NCBI GenBank assembly: GCA_964348825.1
Contig: CAYGDX010000001.1
Location: forward strand, 239,463 to 303,462
Direction: 5' to 3'
Length of the DNA: 64,000 nucleotides
Origin: an uncultured Gammaproteobacteria bacterium
Lineage (GTDB): Bacteria; Patescibacteriota; Patescibacteriia; Veblenbacterales; UBA10138
The notes beneath the pieces were generated by a model. That model was not told the DNA's origin and searched no databases. It saw nothing but the letters and a program-made list of their open reading frames with translations. Within the stretch, counting starts at the first letter, position 1. The number at the start of each line of letters is the position of its first letter. A program made the translations under genes and the position numbers. This document shows, one piece after another, positions 57,211 to 64,000 of the stretch.

Positions 57211-58008
57211 ATGGAAATAAGATTTGATAAATTTGAAGAACAAGTTTTTCTAAATACTGTATTAATTGAAAATTTGACTGATGGTGAATTTGGCACGGGT
57301 TTTTTAGTTCTTAAACCGTCTGTAGAAGGAAAGCAAAAAATTCTATTATTTTCTAATAAACATGTTTTTTGGGGTAAAAAAGATAAAGATAATCCTGAAG
57401 CCAAAAAGTCACTTAGAATTACTTTACATAAAAGAAATGAAGATGATACGTACACACTAGGTAATATTCAAACTTTTCCTGGTGAGCTTGGGCGCAAAAT
57501 GCCTGGTTATTACGAACACCCAAATACAGCAGTAGATATTGCTTGTATTAATATTTCTGATCTTGCAAATAAGGGAGTCAAACTTAATATAAATGGTTTA
57601 GATATAGAACAATTTACTGCTTTTAAAAGAGAAAAGCTGTATGCTGGTATGAATGTAGTTTTTGTAGGATATCCTTCTGGTTTTTATGATAAGAAAAATT
57701 TTTTGCCAGTAATGCGTTCTGGAACAATAGCAAGTATTCCTATGGTAGATTTTAATGGAGAACCAAAAGTTTTACTAGACGCACAAATTTTTCCAGGATC
57801 AAGCGGAAGTCCGGTCTTTGCTTCAATAGAAGGTAAATATAATCTTTTGGGAATAGTCAGTGATGGTATTCATAAAAATCTTGATTTTGTTGAGATAGAA
57901 AAAGCGACTGAGCCTATTAAAGAGAAAGTTAATATTCCTCGTGAATGGATAGGGTTAGGTATGTTGTTTACAAGTGAGATGATTAAAGAAGTATACGACA
58001 TGGCATAA
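57211..58008 (+). CDS. Trypsin-like (S1/Trypsin_2-type) serine protease with no signal peptide
   Basis: His in LLFSNKHVFWG, Asp in AVDIACINI, Ser in FPGSSGSPVFA. Length 265 aa. Confidence 0.7.
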   Translation: MEIRFDKFEEQVFLNTVLIENLTDGEFGTGFLVLKPSVEGKQKILLFSNKHVFWGKKDKDNPEAKKSLRITLHKRNEDDTYTLGNIQTFPGELGRKMPGYYEHPNTAVDIACINISDLANKGVKLNINGLDIEQFTAFKREKLYAGMNVVFVGYPSGFYDKKNFLPVMRSGTIASIPMVDFNGEPKVLLDAQIFPGSSGSPVFASIEGKYNLLGIVSDGIHKNLDFVEIEKATEPIKEKVNIPREWIGLGMLFTSEMIKEVYDMA

Positions 58009-58048
58009 GCTATTATTATAAGACTAAAATCCTACAAAAAAAACAACC

Positions 58049-58519
58049 ATGAAAACAAAAGATACTAAAGAATTTTTTGAAACACTTGGAGAAATTTGGC
58101 GCGATATAACCTTAATTGAGTTTTTAATGCGTGGCGCTTTAACCCAAAAAGAAGGTGATGTAAATAAATGGCCCAAACCTCCGTATAATAAAGGGAAAAT
58201 TTATAATGAGTACCCAAAATCATTTTCATATACTTATTTTAGTGACGTTGCCCAAGAGTTCAATAAAAAATTTCCAAAACTTACCATTCCTCAGGAATTA
58301 ATTGATCTAAGAAATGCTATGGCACATGGATTCATTTCAGAAATTAACTACAGTGGAATAGATGAAGTTGTTAAATTTAGAAAACAAAAAGATGGTACAC
58401 TTTTAGTAGAGTTTTCTATGACACTTGAACAAAAAAGAATAAGACAAATTCGACAATCTCTCAAAGAATTGCGACAACATATAATGTTAGTAGCAGCAGA
58501 TAAGCTCAAAGTTAAATAA
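58049..58519 (+). CDS. HEPN-domain protein (Abi_2/AbiD-like Rx4H motif)
   Basis: ELIDLRNAMAHGF has R-x4-H in an RNxxAH context. Predicted all-alpha. Length 156 aa. Confidence 0.5.
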   Translation: MKTKDTKEFFETLGEIWRDITLIEFLMRGALTQKEGDVNKWPKPPYNKGKIYNEYPKSFSYTYFSDVAQEFNKKFPKLTIPQELIDLRNAMAHGFISEINYSGIDEVVKFRKQKDGTLLVEFSMTLEQKRIRQIRQSLKELRQHIMLVAADKLKVK

Positions 58520-58600
58520 TTAAGTGCTCGAGACGCGCCCTTTTGATATAATAAAAGTCTTAAAAATGACCTTATTAAACATCATTTTAGTATTTAAATT

Positions 58601-59272
58601 ATGCAACCTAAACACATCATTATATTCTCTCACGGGTTTGGGGTGCGGTATGATGATAGGGGACTTTTAGATGATTTAGCTTCGGCGTTTCCTGAGGCAG
58701 AATCAATTTTGTTTGATTATTTTATTGTAGATGAAGTGAATCACACTCTAACCATTACACCACTTAGTGAGCAAGTAAAAATGTTGAATAATGTGATAAA
58801 TAAAGCACGGGAGAATAATCCAGAAGCGGTAATAGATTTAATTGGCCATTCACAAGGTACAGTAATTGCGGCGCTCGCTAAACCAACCGGAATTAGAAAA
58901 TCAATTATGACAGCTCCGGTATTTGATATGAGAATAGAACGAACGATTGAGCGTCATACCAAAAATCCGGGTTCAGAAATAAATTTAAATGGCCTTTCAA
59001 AGCTTAGACCACTGGATGGTTATACTAGAATTGTGCCAGCCGAATATTGGAATGAGCGTAAAAATTTGCCACCTACTTTTAGTTTATATAATGAATTTGC
59101 TAAGCACACTGAATTGATAATGATAAACGCTAAACAAGATGATGTTATAGGTAGTGCAGATTTGACAGGATTAAGTTCAGATATTAAAGTTATAGCTCTA
59201 GATGGCGACCACGGTTTTCACGATGTCGCTCGCGCCGGCCTTAAACTAAAAGTTATAGAGTTACTTAAATAA
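58601..59272 (+). CDS. Alpha/beta-hydrolase-fold protein
   Basis: IIIFSHGFG oxyanion region and GHSQGT nucleophile elbow. Length 223 aa. Confidence 0.65.
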   Translation: MQPKHIIIFSHGFGVRYDDRGLLDDLASAFPEAESILFDYFIVDEVNHTLTITPLSEQVKMLNNVINKARENNPEAVIDLIGHSQGTVIAALAKPTGIRKSIMTAPVFDMRIERTIERHTKNPGSEINLNGLSKLRPLDGYTRIVPAEYWNERKNLPPTFSLYNEFAKHTELIMINAKQDDVIGSADLTGLSSDIKVIALDGDHGFHDVARAGLKLKVIELLK

Positions 59273-59332
59273 TATTTAAATAAATCAAAAAAATAAACAA
59301 TTAATCAAAAATCAAAACAATAGGAGTCAACA

Positions 59333-59632
59333 ATGTACTTTGAAACAATTGCCCCGATATTTTTTATTATTGAAATTTTTTTAGTGATGATGATTTTTGC
59401 TTCCGCAATGAAAAATACAGTAGTTGCTAAGCACAAAACACGAAAAAATTTCTTTATTTTGAGCTGTGTAATAGCAATTAATCTTTTGGTAGCACTAATA
59501 CTGGGGAAGCCGGCACAATTATCTCCCGCTTTGTTTTGGGGATTTTTTGTTTTCGCCGCGGCGATATGCGCAGTATGTTTTTTACTAAGTAAATCGTATA
59601 AGGCAGAAATTCGCATACCGGAATTGAGTTAA
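59333..59632 (+). CDS. Small hypothetical membrane protein (overlaps the antisense ORF 59305..59616; strand choice uncertain)
   Basis: 99 aa with three hydrophobic helices. Confidence 0.3.
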   Translation: MYFETIAPIFFIIEIFLVMMIFASAMKNTVVAKHKTRKNFFILSCVIAINLLVALILGKPAQLSPALFWGFFVFAAAICAVCFLLSKSYKAEIRIPELS

Positions 59633-59710
59633 TAATTAAAAAATTATAACACAAAAAACACTTACTTTTGTATTTAGTAAGTGTTTTATTTTTAAGAGTC
59701 ACTTTTTAGT

Positions 59711-60244
59711 TTATTTGGCGTTGGCACGTTCAAATAGTAATCCTGAACTCGCAAATAGTACCGCAAAAATGGAATTGACAACAAACACGCCGATAACTCC
59801 TGCATTGCCCCAGCTAATTTCTGATGAGATAATTAGCGCAACCACGGGAACAAGGAATTGGATAAGTGCCACCGCAAACAATGTAAGTGCCATTCCGCGT
59901 GGCTTGAAACGCGAGAGTAACGAACCAATGACCCCAATAGCCGGTACTACCCAATACATCAAATTTACAGGGTTGTTTTCACTTCCAATAATACCAACCG
60001 CGCCACTGACCCAACCTAAAAATAGCATTCCTACAAGCCCGAGCACAAAAGCGAAACGGTACGCACTGTCATGCTTTTTTAGCCATTGCCACAATTCATA
60101 GGTGCCACCAATGGCTAGTAGTATTATGCTGTAAGCAACAGCTTCGTTCCATTGTACTTCATTTGTGAATTGCAGCGCCACCGGTAGCATTAATATAAGT
60201 GCTAAAGTGATAATCCATACAATTCGTCTCATAGTGTTTTGCAT
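59711..60244 (-). CDS. Hypothetical polytopic membrane protein
   Basis: 177 aa with five or six TM helices. Preferred over the overlapping plus-strand ORF 59715..60101. Confidence 0.45.
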   Translation of the reverse strand: MQNTMRRIVWIITLALILMLPVALQFTNEVQWNEAVAYSIILLAIGGTYELWQWLKKHDSAYRFAFVLGLVGMLFLGWVSGAVGIIGSENNPVNLMYWVVPAIGVIGSLLSRFKPRGMALTLFAVALIQFLVPVVALIISSEISWGNAGVIGVFVVNSIFAVLFASSGLLFERANAK

Positions 60245-60297
60245 AGTGATAATTTTATATAATATATCCGAATATGATGAGTTTTGCCAATGTATGC

Positions 60298-60726
60298 TTA
60301 TTCTTCTATTGCCTCAATACCTTGTTCTTTAAGTTTGGCTAAATTATCTTTCATTTCTTTGACTTGTTCTGGTGAGTGTCCTTGCCAAATAGTAATTTCG
60401 CCAACAACCTTAAATGGATATTTTGAACGATATGACTTTGTTGGATTACCGGGAAATTTTTTGTCGGTTAAATTGGGGTCATTTTCAATTGGGCCTGTTG
60501 GTTCTACTAAATATATTCTTTCACGCCCTTCACCCAAAGCTAGTTCAGCTCCCCAAATCGCGGCATCTAAAGTGGCAGTGAGATAGATATATTTTGCTTT
60601 TTTATTTTGTCCATAGTTCGAGTTAAGACCAACTTCAATAAAGTGGCCGATCTTTAAGTTAACCTTTGTGCCGTGGAAGTATGTTTGAGCAAATGGACTT
60701 TGAGCAGGTTCATTTGATTTATTCAT
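60298..60726 (-). CDS. arr: Rifampin ADP-ribosyltransferase (Arr)-family protein
   Basis: YFHGTKVNLKIG, YIYLTATLDAAIWGAELA, LVEPTGPIENDPNLTDKKFPGNPTKSYRS and IWQGHS segments match the Arr pattern. Length 142 aa. Confidence 0.7.
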   Translation of the reverse strand: MNKSNEPAQSPFAQTYFHGTKVNLKIGHFIEVGLNSNYGQNKKAKYIYLTATLDAAIWGAELALGEGRERIYLVEPTGPIENDPNLTDKKFPGNPTKSYRSKYPFKVVGEITIWQGHSPEQVKEMKDNLAKLKEQGIEAIEE

Positions 60727-60907
60727 ATTGTTGAATTATAAAATCTCTTAGGATAAAAATTTATTTTGCATAGCTTTTTGGTATTATCTGGAGTTGGGAT
60801 TGAAATTTGAGTGAAACTGAATATGTTGTGTCAGGTGATGTTTATCCTAACGTGCTATAGATATTTTCTCTTTGTAAAAATTCGTAACTGGCGGCTGTTT
60901 TTGATTT

Positions 60908-61267
60908 TTAATTAGTCGTCATTGACTTAGGATTAGGACCATATTTATTATCTAATGGATCACTGTTGGTAAGTGTCAAAACTAAAAGCCAAATGGAACC
61001 GATTAGGGGAATTAAAGATATTAATAACATCCAGCCACTTTTTCCAACATCATGCAATCTTCTTACTGAAACTGCTAAGCTGGGAATAAATATTCCCAAA
61101 CTGTAAAGAACAATAATAATATTTTTATCATCACCAATTACGGCGCTGATAATACCAAGCACAATACTCACAATAAGATTAAACAAAACAAAATACCAAT
61201 ATTCTGCTCTGCGAGCGCGCCCCTCAAATACTGCATAGTTTTTTAAAACTGCTAGATAGTAGTTCAT
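60908..61267 (-). CDS. DUF805-family inner-membrane protein
   Basis: FEGRARRAEYW...VSVRRLHDVGKSGW signature. Confidence 0.75.
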   Translation of the reverse strand: MNYYLAVLKNYAVFEGRARRAEYWYFVLFNLIVSIVLGIISAVIGDDKNIIIVLYSLGIFIPSLAVSVRRLHDVGKSGWMLLISLIPLIGSIWLLVLTLTNSDPLDNKYGPNPKSMTTN

Positions 61268-61367
61268 ATTTATTTGAGTTATATAATTAAAATTAAAAGT
61301 CAGTTTAAGGGTATCATAAATAGCGTCAATTCACTAGTGTTTAGGGTTTTTGTGCTATAATTAAATC

Positions 61368-62774
61368 ATGAAGCTTACATTTTATGGCGCGGCGGGGGAG
61401 GTGACTGGATCTAAGCATTTGCTAGAGGTTGGGGATAGTAAAATACTACTTGATTGTGGTATGTTCCAAGGTCGTCGCGCGTTGACACGGGAAAAAAATA
61501 AAGAGTTGCCATTTGCCGCTACTAATATATCCGCTGTAGTTTTGTCGCACGGACATTTTGATCATTGTGGATTACTTCCACTCTTAGTTAAAGAAGGATT
61601 CAAGGGGCGGATTTTTGCCTCGCCTGCCACAATCGATGTGGCTTATTGGATTATGCGCGATGCGGCATATTTACAAATGCAAGATGCGTTCTATATGAAT
61701 CGCCATAAAATTGAGGGAGCAGAATTAGCTGAACCACTCTATACTATTGATGATGTAGAAAAAACTATGAAATTATTTACGCCAGTTAATTACGCGCGCG
61801 TTTCTCCAGTTTGGACAAAAATTGCGCCAAATGTGAATATTAAATTTTACGATGCCGGACATATTTTAGGATCGGCTATTACAGTTTTAAATTTAAAAGA
61901 AGGTGAACGTACCATAAATTTAGTGTTTAGTGGCGATGTGGGGCAAACCAATACACCACTTTTACCTGATCCAGAAATACCAACTGAAGCGGCTGAGGTT
62001 TTAATTTTAGAAAGTACTTATGGTGGTCGTAATCACGGTACCATTACTGAAGCAAAGAATGTTTTAATTGCTATTATAAAACAAGCAATTAATAAACGTA
62101 GCAAAATAATTGTGCCGGCTTTTGCACTTGGTCGCACGCAGGAATTAATTTACATACTACATGAAATTTTTAGAGATAACAGAGAGTTATGTTTGCCGGT
62201 TTATTTAGATTCACCGCTAGCGGCTGAGCTAACTGAAGTTTTTATAAAACACGATGATTGTTTTGATGCTACCGCGCGTCAAGAATTTTTAAACAAAGGT
62301 GTCAATCCATTATTATTTAATAATTTACGTACCGTAGCATCGGTTGAGGAATCAAAATTATTAAATACAATGGCTGGGCCATTGATAGTAATATCATCTT
62401 CTGGTATGTGTGAAGGTGGTCGAATTTTACATCATTTGAAAAACGGTTTAAGTAATCCCAATAATTTTGTTTTGATTACTGGCTTCCAAGCTGAACATAC
62501 TTTAGGTCGACGACTGGTGGAAGGAGTAAAAGAAGTAAAAATTTTTAATGAAATTTTTGAGGTACGGGCGAAAATTGAGGTGTTAAATGAACTCTCAGCT
62601 CACGCTGATCAAAATCAATTATTAAATTTTGCTGGGAGTATTAAAGATCTACAAAAAATTTATTTAGTGCACGGTGAATCCAAGCAAGCTGAAGAATTAA
62701 AAATAATTTTAAAAAATAGTTTAAATAATACGGAAGTTGTGGTGGCGCAGAGTGGCCAATGTGTGGTATTATAA
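61368..62774 (+). CDS. MBL-fold beta-CASP ribonuclease (CPSF/RNase J-like)
   Basis: HGHFDHCG (HxHxDH) motif, Asp/His motifs, and the C-terminal HADQNQLLNF beta-CASP His motif. Length 468 aa. Confidence 0.75.
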   Translation: MKLTFYGAAGEVTGSKHLLEVGDSKILLDCGMFQGRRALTREKNKELPFAATNISAVVLSHGHFDHCGLLPLLVKEGFKGRIFASPATIDVAYWIMRDAAYLQMQDAFYMNRHKIEGAELAEPLYTIDDVEKTMKLFTPVNYARVSPVWTKIAPNVNIKFYDAGHILGSAITVLNLKEGERTINLVFSGDVGQTNTPLLPDPEIPTEAAEVLILESTYGGRNHGTITEAKNVLIAIIKQAINKRSKIIVPAFALGRTQELIYILHEIFRDNRELCLPVYLDSPLAAELTEVFIKHDDCFDATARQEFLNKGVNPLLFNNLRTVASVEESKLLNTMAGPLIVISSSGMCEGGRILHHLKNGLSNPNNFVLITGFQAEHTLGRRLVEGVKEVKIFNEIFEVRAKIEVLNELSAHADQNQLLNFAGSIKDLQKIYLVHGESKQAEELKIILKNSLNNTEVVVAQSGQCVVL

Positions 62775-62783
62775 ATATATAAA

Positions 62784-64000
62784 TATGAACACAAAAATCA
62801 TCTTTGTTAGTGTGTGTTTTTTAATGTTGAGCCAAACTGTGGCTGCGCAAACTGTTGATAATTCCACACCAATTACATCACCCAATCCTGTTTTAAACGA
62901 TACTCCGGTGTTAGCGCCTAAGCCATCGCTTCTTTTAGCTTTTAAAAAAGGGCGCGATTTGTTGTACGAGCAAATGGAAGCGGAATCAGCTAAAAAGTTT
63001 GTGCCGAAAATTGTTACAAATAAAGATGTTTCACTTGAGGCCACTCTAGCTATTTGGGATGAACTGACAGATAACATTACCTTAGTTCGAGTTTTGAAAA
63101 ATAAAAAAACAGTTGATGTGTTATCAGCCACTGATTATAAAATAAAATTAAAACGTAATAATGGCGTGAATAGTGAATTTGATATAATCTCCGCGCCTAC
63201 GGCCCACGTGGTGGCTATAAGGCATCCAATTTTTGTTAGTGTTGGTACAACCAAACGTCCGCGGTACAAGCTGGAAGATGTAGTATATGTGCCTTATAGC
63301 GATGATTTAGCTACACCCGAAGTCGTGGCAGAGGGGATGAAATATTTAGATAAAAATATTAAAGCGGTTTATGGTGAATTAAATAATAATAAAATAAAAT
63401 CACGCGCTTTCCCGAATAAATTGTTAGCCGAAGTAATTGATCCGACAGTAGTTAAATCAATTATTGCTATTGAGCATGTTAGTGCTGATACACTAATCAG
63501 AGGCGAGGCTGATGTTTATTTACGAGAACTATTTGTAATTTTAGCGGCCAATCAAAATCAGGCCTATGCTTTTTCTAGGTCTTCGGCGCGGGCTTTTGGT
63601 TTAGTGCAATTTATTCCCAACACATATCAACAGTTGCGTAGGATTCGTCCAGATTTATTACTGCCAGCTGATTTTGAACAAGGTATGAGTGACCCGTATA
63701 TGGCTATAAAAGCCGAAGTAGCACTTTTGGATCATAATTTAGAATTACTACCAAAAAGTATTCGGCTTACTTACGTTTCCGATCCTAAAAGTTTAGGCAG
63801 TTATTTGGCGGCGATTTATAATGGTGGGCCATCACGAGTGCGTAAAGCGATTTCAGTGTGGGGTGAAGATTGGGCCGATGATCATGTGGCGGCCGTAAAC
63901 AGGCTTAAGCAAGAAGAAAAAGAAATAAAAGCTGAAATTATTAAAATTAATAAAAAATTAAAGCAAAAAAATTTAGATGCTAAAACTATACGCGGTTTAA
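62784..64000 (+). CDS. Secreted protein truncated at the 3' window edge (missing from the ORF track, which has no stop). It has a signal peptide and a possible transglycosylase-like segment.
   Basis: ATG at 62784. The frame is open to position 64000 by manual codon reading. MNTKIIFVSVCFLMLSQTVAAQ is a signal peptide. ARAFGLVQFIPNTYQ loosely resembles the SLT GLMQ.P.T motif. Confidence 0.45.

Noticed and set aside
1-64000. Searched for rRNA genes, CRISPR arrays, transposase/integrase/recombinase genes and phage structural genes
   Set aside because: No regularly spaced identical direct repeats with unique spacers were found. No DDE/tyrosine/serine recombinase-like ORFs and no rRNA-like GC-rich kilobase segments were seen. 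The accessory loci lack a recognisable integrase within this window.

Overview
This is an AT-rich bacterial chromosomal segment with compact, mostly plus-strand genes, short intergenic regions and few recognisable SD sequences. It is consistent (inference only) with a small-genome Patescibacteria/CPR-type organism. Core genes found: the 3' part of eno, two tandem gpmI paralogues, a VOC/glyoxalase-fold protein, mutM, a PAP2 phosphatase, a membrane H+/Na+ pyrophosphatase, a sugar-1-phosphate nucleotidyltransferase, mltG, rplJ-rplL with a leader, a reduced dcw cluster (mraZ-rsmH-ftsL-ftsI-murF), murJ, lepA, ftsB-like, ftsE-ftsX, a pterin dehydratase and a beta-CASP RNase. There are four tRNAs: Glu-CUC, Gly-CCC, Thr-CGU and Gln-UUG. 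The dominant feature is one 17.7-kb ORF (12158..29863) encoding a 5,901-aa Thr/Gly/Ala/Ser-rich protein. It has an N-terminal excisionase-type HTH, a single TM helix and a huge repetitive tail-fibre-like extracellular region containing exact internal duplications. Upstream it carries a near-consensus promoter flanked by an ATCCGATA motif array. Downstream lies a perfect 42-bp palindrome and a PaaX/Cas2-fold regulator gene. Two tRNA-adjacent accessory loci (after tRNA-Glu and after tRNA-Gln) each pair a HEPN-like (Rx4-6H) protein with a trypsin-like serine protease. One of these proteases is secreted and carries thrombospondin-type-1-like Cys/Trp repeats. The tRNA-Gln island also carries an Arr-like rifampin ADP-ribosyltransferase homologue. 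Intergenic regions are built from a dispersed family of composite repeats: GTCATTCCCG..CGGGAATCCAG hairpins and GTCATTGCGAGCGAAGC hairpins, a CTGCCTGCCGGTAGGCAG palindrome, and AT-rich GATTTATTTAGGATTT modules directly upstream of start codons. Two candidate structured ncRNAs are seen (a GC-rich element at 43505..43680 and a promoter-to-terminator orphan transcript at 50044..50198). No rRNA, CRISPR array, transposase or integrase was seen.
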